From: Octopus sinensis
Taxonomy: Eukaryota
Length of the DNA: 64,000 nucleotides
Assembly (NCBI RefSeq): GCF_006345805.1
Contig: NC_043002.1
Span: 36,766,001 to 36,830,000, forward strand
Reading direction: 5' to 3'
The notes beneath the pieces are model-generated. The model had not been told where the DNA came from and did no database searches. It saw nothing but the letters and a program-made list of their open reading frames with translations. Positions 26,998-39,299 of this stretch are shown piece by piece (position 1 is the stretch's first letter; each line of letters begins with the position of its first letter). The position numbers and the translations under genes were made by a program.

Positions 26998-28770
26998 AAA
27001 GTGAGTATGTATGAAAGTTCTTGATAGGAAATTCACAGTTTATAAGGAACAGAATAGAAGAACAGACAGTAAAAGTAGATAGAAAAATAAAGAGAGGAGA
27101 ATAAAGTTCACAAATCATCTTTTCCCAGAGGGTATGGAGGTTGGTTCATATTTCCATGAAGGTATAGGCCCTTAGGTATAATCCCAGGTAAATCTGGGCA
27201 GTATTCGTTCATGTTGAAGTAATGGATTAAGTGGTTAGCTAGTATGTTAATGGTCCCATGGGTAGATAGAGTGAGAAAGACAGACATCAAGATAGAGAGA
27301 AATGGGTTGTGAGTGAGTGGATACAGGAGAGAGGAGAAAGAGAGAGGAAAGAAAGGAATGGAATAGGTGTGGGAAAGAATGAATGAGAATGAAAGTATAG
27401 TAAGACCAAAAATCAAAAATCAAAAAATAAGAAACATAAAAATAAAGATTGAGATAAGATTCCAGTAAATGTCAGTTCAGGGGTGAGAGGCAGGCATTAA
27501 GGTTTTGATAAAGTGGAGGAGGGAGGTATTTATGTCTATTAATTATATATTTCTTTACTACCCACAAGGGGATTAACATAGAGGGGACAAACAAGGACAG
27601 ACAAAGGGATTAAGTCGATTACATCGACCCCAGTGCATAACTGGTACTTAATTTATCGACTCCGAAAGGATGAAAGGCAAAGAATTCTAGGTTAGGTATG
27701 GTCAAACAGAATATTTAGTTCAGTGGTCAGTAGGGATACCTAAAACTAGAAGCCTAGCTTAAGGGGGTATATATAGGATAAAACTACAATTAAATGGATA
27801 AAGGATATAAATTAAAGAGCTAAAAATTAAAAGTTAAATTGAAAATTTAAAAATTAAAGAACTAAAGCTAGCTAGCTTCAAAGATATTTATGCTGATAGA
27901 GGAGAAAAGGAAATGAAAAAAACATACGTATATTGTAACAACCATGGATGCATATAGGAAAGTGTTATAATCTAAAGGTGCAGTAGAACTAATGCTTACA
28001 TGTAGAGAATGCTTTGTCTGTTTATTGAGTAATTGGGGTGAATTATGAATTAATATGTAATATATATATATATATATATATATGTTGGGTGGTTGGTGTT
28101 AGGAAGGGCATCCAACTGTAAAAAAATCATGCCAAAACAGATACAGAAGTCTGGTGCAGGCTCCTACCTAGCCAGTTCCTGTCAAACCATTCAACCCATG
28201 CTAGAATGGAGGGTGGACATTAAATGATGATGATGATATATATATATGTGTGTATATATGTATTATGCATGTATGTAGGTACACACACAACATATATAAA
28301 TGTACACATCTTAACAATAAAGCATGGAAAAATAGATGTTAAAGTGATGACGATGATGACGATGACGATGATGACGATGATAATGATGATGATGATAATG
28401 ATGACGATAACGATGAGGATGTTAATATAGCCATGAGCAGACAGAGGTGGCCTCCCAGCCCCTTCACTCTTGACAAAACAGAACATCTTGTTTGTGACAG
28501 TTAGAGGGAGAGAAACCTGTACAAGCACTACTGTTAAGTAGATTGGATCAAGGTGAAATGAAGTGACTTGCTCAAGAGTATAATGCACTGCCTGATCTAG
28601 GAATTGAACCTCTGAGTTTATAAGCCAAACACACTTACCACTAGGTGTCATGCTATTTCTAACTATTGATTACAGAACTGAATTTATATCATGTTAAGAT
28701 AAAGCTATATAGATTTATTACTTCTATGCCAGCTGAAAATTTTAGATTTGAAGCAGCTGAGACTTCTTAC

Positions 28771-28867
28771 TTCTGTGGTATCCATGCAACTGAACTTAGC
28801 TTTATCTCTACCAAGAATTGTGTGATTACTGCTTGTAAAGCAGACAATGTTTATAATATAGGTATTT
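28771..28867 (-). CDS. Candidate internal exon (NTYIINIVCFTSSNHTILGRDKAKFSCMDTTE)
   Basis: Acceptor tctgtatattttag, donor GAA/gtaaga, 97 nt with one open frame (phase 2 to 0). No homology support. Confidence 0.25.
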
Positions 28868-29110
28868 CTAAAATATACAGATTTAGAAACAGTACATCAG
28901 TTAAAAGGTCAGACAAGCCAAATCACAACTAAATGATTGTAGTAGTTAACTTGTAAACCATTACAGTGCCATCAAAAATAACAAAAAGCATGCAAAGTTG
29001 TTGTTGTTGTTGTTTCACCACAGGACGATTCTTAATGTGCTGCGCCATGAACAAAATCATTCTAGCCGTTACCATCATGTCTTTTTTTCACTGGTTCATA
29101 TAGATATCTC

Positions 29111-29455
29111 TCTCTTTTCTCTTTTACTTGTTTTAGTCATTTGACTGCGGCCATGCTGGAGCACCGCCTTTAATCGAGCAACTCGACCCTGGGACTTATT
29201 CTTTTGTAAGCCCAGTACTTATTCTATCGGTCTCTTTTGCCGAACTGCTAAGTAACGGGGACATAAACACACCAGCATCAGTTGTCAAGCAATGCTAGGG
29301 GGACAAACAGAGACACACAAGCACACACATGCATATATATATATATACATATATACGATGGGCTTCTTTCAGTTTCTGTCTACCAAATCCACTCACAAGG
29401 CTTTGGTCGGCCCGAGGCTATAGTAGAAGACACTTGCCCAAGGTGCCGTTTGCTG
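29111..29455 (-). mobile_element. tRNA-headed SINE family 1 (5'-truncated)
   Basis: Collinear with 34034-34448 from the tail to ...cccaaggtgcc. The tRNA head is missing. Confidence 0.85.
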
Positions 29456-29574
29456 TGCCGTTTGTAGCAAGTTAAGTGACCATATAAATGCTCCGTCTTT
29501 ATCTCAATGAGATTTTTTTGAGGAAGGTTCAACAGGTATTTTCTGCAAATTAAGGAACCACATAAATGTCTCCA

Positions 29575-29800
29575 CTGTCTTGATGTGATTTGAGAAATAT
29601 TTGGCTGATATTTCTAGCATGCAAAGTATGCATGTAGAAGGTATCATATTGTTATGTAAGTTGAAAGAGATTTGGCTGCTATTTCCAGCAGAATGAGTAA
29701 TTGTATAACGGCTTCCTCAGTAAGTTAGAGTAATTTGAGGGAGATTTGACTGCTATTTTTAACGGGTTAAGCAACTGCATAGAGATTCTCTTATTGGCTC
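29575..29800 (-). repeat. Three degenerate ~75-bp tandem copies of a SINE 5' segment
   Basis: tgatttgagaaatatttggctgatatttctagc / gttgaaagagatttggctgctatttccagc / aatttgagggagatttgactgctatttttaac. The same segment occurs singly at about 13160, 33115 and 43320. Confidence 0.65.
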
Positions 29801-30469
29801 ATCTGTTATCCACAGATATGTAAATATGAAAAAAAAAACAAAAACAAAAATAAATAGATGCTATTAACTGCTAGTATCTTCACGTGTTTATTGAGGTATG
29901 CTTATTCTAAGTCACAAAATGGTCTGTTAGTATGTGCTAACTGGAAGAATTTTCCAGTGTGTTTGGAATAAAAGAAAGATTATTATGAACCATTTTGCAA
30001 ACTTCACTGTCTTGCAAGTGTGTAATACAATACTTACATCTGATTTAATATATTTATTGTTACTATGAATAATCAGGAAATTTAATAAAAGAAGACTTGT
30101 CATTCATTTAGTTAAATAGTTGTTGAAAAATACTGAAGCTAAAATTTTAAATGAGAATATACACAGACCAAATGTAATAATGTTTTACAAGGGTTATATT
30201 GATATACAATTGTACATATTTTATTTTTTCCTCTCTCTATGCATATTTCTCTAATCCAAATTCAAACTGACATTTTTAGTTCATCCAAGCATTTAAGCTG
30301 AAACAATAAATCAAATAATATTAAAGCTTATTTGGAAAAGTCTTCAATGTGATTCTTTTCGAGTTTTGAGAATTATATTTTGAGAAATATTTTTAGTGCC
30401 TAATATTTTTCAGTTTATGTTTTCCAAAGTCTGTCTTATTTTAATGCTTGGAACAGTTAATCTCTCCCT

Positions 30470-30500
<31 letters not shown>

Positions 30501-30937
30501 CCTGTGTCTGTCTCACTCACTTTCTTTCTATCACACACATCAGCACACTCAGAGAAATATGTATTTATTCACACAATATATGCATGCATGTGCATAAAGA
30601 AACTTTTATTCTATGGCTTATTTTCAAAATATATAATTTTCCGTAAGAAAAGAAAAGAAATAAATAAAACTAGAAGTAAAATGTTTTATTAATTTATTCA
30701 ATGTTAAGGGTATTAATATTTTTTGACATCTAAATGTAGATTTTATTTCTAATAAATATTTCCTTTATAAAAATGTATCAAATAAATATTTTCTATCCGT
30801 CTATTTTGTGATTAAGTATTATTGCTGGCAACTTTATTATCTTCGTGCTAGACTAAAATATCAGTCTTTTATATATAGCAAACACACAATAGCATTTTTA
30901 ACAATGTCACTGGTCACCAATTATACATATATATATA

Positions 30938-31355
30938 TAGTGGCTGTGTGGTAAGTAGCTTGCTTACCAACCACATGGTTCCGGGTTCAGTCCCACTGCA
31001 TGGCACCTTGGGCAAGTGTCTTCTACTATAGCCTTGGGCTGACCAAAGCTTTGTGAGTGAGGTTTGGAGAGCAAGTGGCTGCACCAGGCTCCAATCTGAT
31101 CTGGCAGAGTTTCTACAGCTGGGTGCCCTTCCTAATGCCAACCACTCCAGAAGAGAGGGTGCTTTTTATGTGCCACCAGCACAGGAACCAGTAAGGTGGG
31201 CCTGGCAATGCTCAAGTTCAGATGGTGCTTTTTGCGTGCCACCAGCACAGAAGCTAGTCAGTGGCTACTGGCATTGGTCACAACCGGTTGGTGCTTTTTA
31301 TGTGCCACCGGCACTGGAGCCAGTAAGGTGGGCCTGGCAACAAACACTTTCAGAT
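30938..31355. mobile_element. SINE family 1 head (+) abutting an RTE 3'-tail element (-)
   Basis: gtggctgtgtggtaagtagcttgcttaccaaccacatggttccgggttcagtccc... runs to about 31060. It is followed by gctgcaccaggctccaatctgatctggcagagtttctacagctgggtgcccttcctaatgcc and ggtgctttttatgtgccacc modules. Confidence 0.8.
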
Positions 31356-31819
31356 GGTATATTATATATCAAGGTGTGTATGAAATCATTTTGATGTTAT
31401 TGACCTTAAATCTTGAAATAACAGTTTTCTTATTCTGAAGTTTGTGTTCTTGTTAATGTAGAATAACTAATAAACTGTTTATTGTTGATCTTTAGCAGGT
31501 GTATGATTAAAGGTATTCCAGCCACGATCATTGGTCAATTTTTCTCAGACACAATGTACCTAGCACTATATAATCCAGTTAGTCCCAATTAAAATAAACA
31601 AAAAGGAACCCCTCCCCCAAACATACAATATGATTAAACTGCTATTTCTTGCAGGACATGCAACAACATATAGACTCTCTTGCTCACTCAGCCATTAACT
31701 GAGTTTAACCACTTAAAAACTAGTTAATGTGTTAGATACCTGTGGTATACAACTAAATAAAACACAGGCATAACATCAGCAAAGAAACAAGGAGAGAAAA
31801 TAAAGAATGTGTAGTGGCT

Positions 31820-32105
31820 GGCTGATACCAGTAACCACCAACTGGCCCCTGTGCCAGTGGCATATAAAAATCACTATCCAAACGTGATCACTGCCAGGCC
31901 CGCCTGACTGACTCCTGTGCTGGTGGCACATAAAAAGCACCCACTATACTCTTGGAGTGGTTGGCATTAGGAGGGGCATCCAGCTGTTGAAACATTACCA
32001 GACCATATTGGAGCCTGGTGCAGCCACTGGCTCTCTAGACCTCAGTCAAACTGTCGAACCTATGCCAGCGTGGAAAACGGATGTTAAACGATGATGATGA
32101 TGATA
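31820..32105 (+). mobile_element. RTE 3'-tail element
   Basis: ggtggcacataaaaagcacccactatactcttggagtggttggcattaggagggg...tggaaaacggatgttaaacgatgatgatg. Confidence 0.8.
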
Positions 32106-32579
32106 TATATACACATGTACACACACATGCACATACATACACACACACATACATATAATGTAGTATATCTGAGGATAAAGAAAGCATACACTAATTGGAA
32201 GGAAGAGTATCAAACAATACAACAGATGAAACCAGCAGACTGATTTGTCTTTAGCTATCTAGCAATTCTTTATCTTAGAAACTAGGGAAACGTGATTAAA
32301 TATAGTATTATACACTAGCAAAGAAGGCTGCACCTTTAAAGTATTCTTGCTTTTGTATGTAAACATGTTTACATTATTCTCTCAGAATGTAGCAACTGGT
32401 TTATATCAGCTGTGTATGCTGTTTATACCTGATGAAAGTTGCGTTTCAAATGTATTACAATGGAAGGAGATCAAAATGACTACTAAGTGATAATAAACAG
32501 ATCAAACGTTGAATAAATTGATATTAACTGAGAGAGAGAGAGAAAGAATAGTGTATTCAGTGTCTCTCTCTCTCTCTTG

Positions 32580-32650
<71 letters not shown>

Positions 32651-32745
32651 TGTATGTATGCATACATGTATGCATACATGTATGCATGCATGCATGTATA
32701 TATATATATATTTTTTTCTCTCCTTGTTTCCTTCCTTGTTTTTTC

Positions 32746-32783
32746 TCTTTCTGTAGAAGAGCGTAGGCTCGAAACGTAAAAGA
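32746..32783 (+). ncRNA. Minimal (dimer-type) hammerhead ribozyme with A6>U core variant
   Basis: TCTTT-CTGTAGA-A-GAGC-GTAG-GCTC-GAAA-C-G-T-A-AAAGA. Stem I is a perfect 5 bp, stem II is 4 bp with a tetraloop, stem III is the loopless palindrome ACGT, and the triplet is GUA. Confidence 0.65.
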
Positions 32784-33099
32784 TTTTTTCTATTCCTGAG
32801 CATTATACTAATACATCTTGGTCCTTTGCTCTCTCCTCAATGAGGTTGGTCTTCCTAGTGATCAGCATTTCTTTATGTAATTGTCATCATCCACACACAT
32901 TACATGACTATACCAGCAGTTTTTTGACCTGCACACTACATCTGACGCTGCCTCTTATGCACTACTATAAACTCTTATTCAAGAAATGTGGGAACTCATA
33001 GTGTTACCTTTAATCAACTACAGGCTATAAATATTTATGTGAGAGGTATAAATGAAAGAAACACATGAAATGAGAGTCCAGATATGGTAAAGGAATCTG

Positions 33100-33473
<374 letters not shown>

Positions 33474-34033
33474 TGATTTTAAATAGAAATATCTAAGGAG
33501 AATGAAAGTAAACTTTGTAACATGTTCTAATGAAATATCAAACTTAAATTAAAATTGTATCATTGTGTCTAAAAATGTAAAGCTGAAGGTATAACTAACA
33601 AAGTAGGATCACATATACTTCAGCTGCTAATCAAAAAACTGCTTGTACAAAACCTACACTTCTCTCAGTTAGTACAATAAGCTCCTACAAAACTGCTATA
33701 TTGCCATGAACAAGTTAATGAATATAATGAAAGATATGAATTAAAACAACAATAGAAATCATATAAACTGGCCTACATTATTTTATATTAGTTTTGATTG
33801 ATCTTGTCAGGCAAGTAGCCTATGTATATTATCTCCCTTTACAAATTTTTTGAAATTCTTTTTTGCCTTGATAAGGAGCTTTTACTTGAAACATTGCTTT
33901 TCCACACATATTAATAACTAACTTTGTTATTTTTTATTTTTACCACACTCTCATGGATTAACTTTGATGACACAGGCTAACATTTAATTTTCCAAGATTA
34001 TGGATTTCTTAAATGTCCTAGCATCCAATGAAA

Positions 34034-34448
34034 CTCTTTACTCTTTTACTCTTTTACTTGTTTCAGTCATTTGACTGTGGCCATGCTGGAGCACCGCCTT
34101 TAGTCGAGCAACTCGACCCCGGGACTTATTCGTTTTGTAAGCCCAGTACTTATTCTATCGGTCTCTTTTTGCCAAACTGCTAAGTGATGGGGACGTAAAC
34201 ACACCAGCATCGATTGTCAAGCAATGCTAGGGGAACAAACACAGACACACAAACACACACACATACATATATATATATATACATATATACGACAGGCTTC
34301 TTTCAGTTTCCGTCTACCAAATCCACTCACAAGGCATTGGTCAGCCCGGGGCTATAGCAGAAGACACTTGCCCAAGATGCCATGCAGTGGGACTGAACCT
34401 GGAACCATGTGGCTGGTTAGCAAGCTACTTACCACACAGCCACTCCTG
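34034..34448 (-). mobile_element. tRNA-headed SINE family 1, full length (~410 bp)
   Basis: Minus strand: caggagTGGCTGTGTGGtaag (A-box), ccagGTTCAGTCCC (B-box), CORE-like gcatcttgggcaagtgtctt, internal (TA)(TG)n, and (GTAAAAGA)n tail. Confidence 0.9.
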
Positions 34449-34797
34449 TTATTTTATAATTCATATTCATCTCTTTACATACTGCAGACAGCATTGGTAA
34501 GGACATCTAAACATATAGCATATCCTTGCTATGCTTGCTCTAAAGTTTATAAATTTATATTCTTTTCCACAGTACACTTGTTATAAAACATCAATTTCAA
34601 ATGCTAAATGATGTTAAAAGAAATTAATAAGTTTATCATTTAAGATGTTAGTCTGTAATGTAATAAGGACATATGCTTAAGATGGTTTCCACCTGGTATG
34701 AAATAGCAGGGCCATAGATTTATATTTTGACATTAACCCTAAATTGTACCTGTATACTGAAGTTAGAAATGAAACACCCAGCAAATGGGACGATTAA

Positions 34798-35019
34798 ATC
34801 TTTCATTACCACCCCGGCTGAAACCAGCTCTGGGTTTGTAGTACAAATATCTTGTTTCTAAAAGTTCTGAATTAAAATCTTCCACCAAACCCTTAATCAC
34901 AATTTATGTTCCTAACACTAACTTAATGATAACAAAGTTATTTTACTAAATTCTTTGTTATATTTAAAGTAATTGAAAGAAACACAGAGCATCTCAAAAG
35001 AAATACAATAACAAAAGGG
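34798..35019. mobile_element. ~220-bp MITE with TTAA-type target (piggyBac/Kolobok-like)
   Basis: ttaa|atctttcattacc ... gtaataacaaaaggg|ttat-like ends. The imperfect TIR resembles CCCTTTCGTTAC/GTAACGAAAGGG. Confidence 0.5.
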
Positions 35020-36438
35020 TTATCATGATAATTTGAGATCTTTTGAGTTACTTTACTCTTTGAAAATTCAGAGATTATAATCTTTAATAACTGCCAGCTG
35101 CAATAGTTTTCTGTACTGTAAATTCAAATTCAATTTATGCAGACTATAAGTTTTATCATGATTATTACCATTACTTAATATTAGTTATACTAAAGTGTGA
35201 TCCTTATTTACATATTTTTGATACAAATTTCTCCTCAGATATCACTATTTAAAGTAATATTTAAAAAAAAATTGCTTGGCCTAACTATTTCAAAACACTC
35301 TCAAGAGAATTCATATAAATTTAGAGGAAATGTTTATGCAAAGGTTCAAGATAAAAATTTTATAAAAAAGAGATGAACTCAGAAAAAAAAAAATTCTAAA
35401 AAATACCAAGGCATACAAATAAGCACAATGGATTTATCACTGTAGTTGGTTTAATATTTCATCCTAAAATATATTAATAAATATTAAAAGCAATAATTAA
35501 TTTTATTAGTAAGAAAAATGTAGATCATTATAAAGAATACACCATCAATGGTAAAGAAATTGTAGAAGGACATGCACACCTAAAACACACACACTCACAC
35601 ACACACCCACACAGATATTTACGAAAGCAAAAGCAAGAATGTATTTTACTCTTATTTGAAGACAATTGTTGGTGTCTTTATAATTAGTAGTGATTATTAA
35701 AGACCTTTTAGGTTTAGCAAATCTTTGGTGCATATATATTTTGTTACTGAGCATCATATGTGTTTGTAATTTCCAATGGCCCTAGTGTTGAGAGAATGTA
35801 ATTAGTAATACATAAAGCAGCATACACAAATAGAAAAAATTATGAAGAAAAAAAGATGTTAATTATTCAGGAGCTTTTTATTTGGCTGACTACTCCCATG
35901 TTTTTACTCTTCTGATTGACGCCAAAGGTTATCATAAGATGTCTTTCTCCATGTACCTGATTTTTGAAGTACTAAGATGATCTTTCAAAAGAACTTAAAT
36001 AGCTATTCAAGAATATTACATTACTTTCTTTTAAAAATTTTCCATTTTGAAATTCTCTTGTGACACAAGAAAACCAACAACAATTGTTCTATAGTCATCT
36101 GCTTCAAGTTCACCACCAGAGCGTTCAAATGTTGAATTAGACATTCTCATAAAAAAGAGCAACAAAATATCAAACACACAAATACTAAAAAAAAAAAAAT
36201 TAAAAAATAAAAAAAAAACTGAAACTAAAACATAGTTAAGTTATTAACATTGTACAACATAACAGTTCATGGAAAGCTGTTTGTTTTGATATTATTTCAT
36301 TTTGTAATTTTTCATTTACCAAATACAAGCAGCTGTTATCAAAATGGTTTTGTTCTAAAACATTTATATTGCCACTTTATTTTCAGAAAACGTATCAAAT
36401 GTAATTCATCATCATTTAAATACAAAACTACTGGTTAG

Positions 36439-36450
36439 TTAAATGGCTTG
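36439..36450 (-). CDS. Probable last coding exon (QAI*) of the minus-strand gene, followed by a 3' UTR
   Basis: Strong acceptor ttagatttcttttctctttttattccag about 420 nt below the phase-0 donor at 36870. It reads CAA GCC ATT TAA in phase 0. AATAAA candidates lie further downstream, e.g. near 35880. Confidence 0.45.
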   Translation of the reverse strand, partial: QAI

Positions 36451-36648
36451 CTGGAATAAAAAAGAGAAAAGAAATCTAAGTTAAACAAAAGTAAAAGGAC
36501 AAGTTTAATGGCCATAAATGCTTTTATGATTATTTTACAGTATAAAGCTATTATGGAAAATATATAAATGAGATATACATAAAAAACATTCTTTCTTTCT
36601 CTCTGTTTTTCAGTCTGTCTATCTAACTCTCTCTCACATGCAAACACA

Positions 36649-36686
<38 letters not shown>

Positions 36687-36870
36687 ACATACATTTACAC
36701 AATGCACAAATATCCAATAGAGAAGACCACTCTATTAATTGTTTAATGTTCAATGTTGCTAATAATAATATTTTCCAATGTTTCCTGTCAATTTCAGTTT
36801 GAAATAGGATTAAAATATAAACATCACAGCTAATAGCAGAATAGGGTTAAAGAAAGCATAAATAACTTAC

Positions 36871-37246
36871 TGTTTCATCAATAGCATCTGGGTCATCTTC
36901 AAGTTCTTCAAGACATTTATCAGCTGCTGTTTTCGCAACAGGCAGTTCAGAGCTTAAATTGTTCAATTTGTATTCTTCTTTGAATGTACTGCTGGAAGTG
37001 GAGTTGTGTGTGTGGTGACTTTTGAGAGAATTTTCACGATGGAGACTGAATGACCGATGAATGCTATATGAACTACTGATTGAGTTATTTCGGCTCCAGC
37101 TGCGATTGCCTCTTATTGAGTTCTTGGATGTAAAAGAATGATGGCTTTTGATAGAGTTTTGTCGACTTAATGCATGCTGGCTTTTGATAGAATTCTGTGG
37201 ACTGAGAGTTCGTTGATTGTTCAAAGGGGGTTGGCCATTACATTCA
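36871..37246 (-). CDS. Internal coding exon of an unidentified gene: Ser/His/Arg-rich repeat region plus acidic tail
   Basis: Acceptor ...ttttaaatttcag, donor ACA/gtaagt, 376 nt (1+125 codons), open frame ECNGQPPLNNQRTLSPQNSIKSQHALSRQNSIKSHH...KCLEELEDDPDAIDET. The sequence is non-microsatellite and has a 36-nt internal repeat diverged more at DNA than at protein level. Confidence 0.75.
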
Positions 37247-38699
37247 CTGAAATTTAAAAAAGAATACATAATAGTAAATTTAGTAAAACAAAAAGACAAA
37301 CTGTAAAGTCATTTTGTAGGACATTTTCACAGCAATATCAAATAAATGGAATCAATTTAAATTCACATTGAAGTTTTCTTCAAAATATTTCAAAGAGTTA
37401 TATTTTTCTTTCTCACCATTTCCTTGTAGATTTTTTTTCTCCTTTACAATGGCTACAAATGCAAAAGTATCAATAAAATAATCAATTAAGGCTTTCACAC
37501 AAAGAAAATTACTTTGTTTTCTTGGTAGATACTGGAGTAATAAAAATAGAATAATATGGCTACTTCAAGAAGAAACACTATTTTCTGGTAATTAATGAAG
37601 TTTTTTTATGTGCAAGTTGAGTGATATGTTCGAAAGATAATAAAGATAAAAGTCAGAATTTTTTTTATATTATGTAATGAATTTCCCTAGTGAAAGTAAA
37701 TGAACTTGGAGACCTCTGGATTGTTACTAATACAAAGTCTGACACTTAGTTTCACAGCACCACTTCAAGTTTATTGGCAGATAATGGATGGACGAAAAAA
37801 AGAAAAGAAAGACAGACTTCATTATCTCCAGCTGATAATACTTTAATAAACCAAGCCATGCCAATATGACTAACATATAACTGTAAGATGAAAGCATTTT
37901 CCTTTTTCATATCAAAAGCAGATGAGACTACCAGAAATTTCGTCTACAATAAAAATCTGAAAAATAGATAAGATGGGTGCTGACATGACAATATGGTTAA
38001 AAAGTTTAATTTGCTATCTCATGACTTTGATCACATTCCTTGGTACTTTCAGCCAGTATCATCTGTCAGTCTCAGTCAATTCAAACTGAGTTCAAACTGT
38101 GAGTAAAATTTGGTAGCTAGAAACTGGATTGTTATTACTCCAACCAGCTCTCCATTCTGAGGACTGCAGAACCCATGAGTAATGCTTTTTCTGTCTTTTT
38201 CTCTACCAGCTATAGAGGACTTGTAAAAATGCCTTGGGTACTAACCTTCCTTTTCTGAATAATCCATAAAAAAGAAAAAAAATGTTGCTTATCTTTAATG
38301 TATTTCTAATCACACTCATATTCAGTTCCATGATTTACCCAACCCTTTATTAATTTATAAGGTTTTGACTAAAATTGATACATATGTACTTTCTGTTTAA
38401 CATGTGCTGGACACTTGACTGAAACGCCCAACATCTTTTTCATTGCTTGATCAAGACAACAATACAGACACATACACATGTGCACACACATGCATGTGCA
38501 CACACACACATTTATATATATATATATTTATATATGTACATACATGTATATATTGCTCTATAATATATATATATATACACATATATATTGCTCTATAATA
38601 TATATATACATACACATGCATATATCATATAGACTGATATATGCATGTGTGTGACATGTATATAAATATATTTATATAAATATATTTAAATATTTTCCA

Positions 38700-39100
38700 G
38701 CAAAGAGTGCACTACAGAACATTGATAGTGGCTAATGATTTCAGAGTCAGAGTTAGGTAGACAGCGATACAGGAGATGATATGGAGATGGAAGATATGGA
38801 AACTAAAAGATCCTGCAGTGAGGAATAGTTTGAGAGAAATTTTGATGTATATGACTGTAAGGAGGAAGATAAAGCATTGATAACAACTTGGAATTTCTAT
38901 GAAATAACTTGCATAGGGTTAAGAACAAACATATGGCTGGGGAAAAGTTCCTGGCAGAACCAAAGGTAATGTGCTTGCAGAATGACACAGCTGACAGGGC
39001 AGTAAAAACTTGGAGACTGGCTTGGAAAACCATTGTCAATGTGTCAAATGGATGAGGTGTTATGGATTGTAAAGCAGTGTGTTAGAATTAGGTTTGATAA
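38700..39100 (-). mobile_element. Highly decayed CR1/L2-clade LINE fragment
   Basis: Pieces DNGFPSQSP.., LCKLFH.. and QNF.. resemble regions of invertebrate L2/CR1 ORF2 as I recall them. No catalytic motif is visible. Confidence 0.35.
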
Positions 39101-39299
39101 ACCATGACATCAATGGAGGGGAAAATACGTACAGAATGAAAGTAGAGTATTTGCCCTCACTGAAACTGGGAAAGAAAAAATTATGTGAGTGTTACGAGAG
39201 GTCACTGGGTGAAGAAAATGATAGATAGAGAGGGGGAGAGGGAGGGAGGTCCATATTATTTCAGCAGAGGGACTGAATACTGAAGTCGACAGCTATATG

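Noticed and set aside
34385-34448. tRNA genes
   Set aside because: The A/B boxes belong to SINE heads. I could not fold a complete cloverleaf with an acceptor stem, and the same heads recur fused to SINE bodies.
35880-36170. Short minus-strand open frames (e.g. MSNSTFERSGGELEADDYRT...) below the QAI* exon
   Set aside because: No convincing acceptor/donor pair in a compatible phase. More simply interpreted as 3' UTR.
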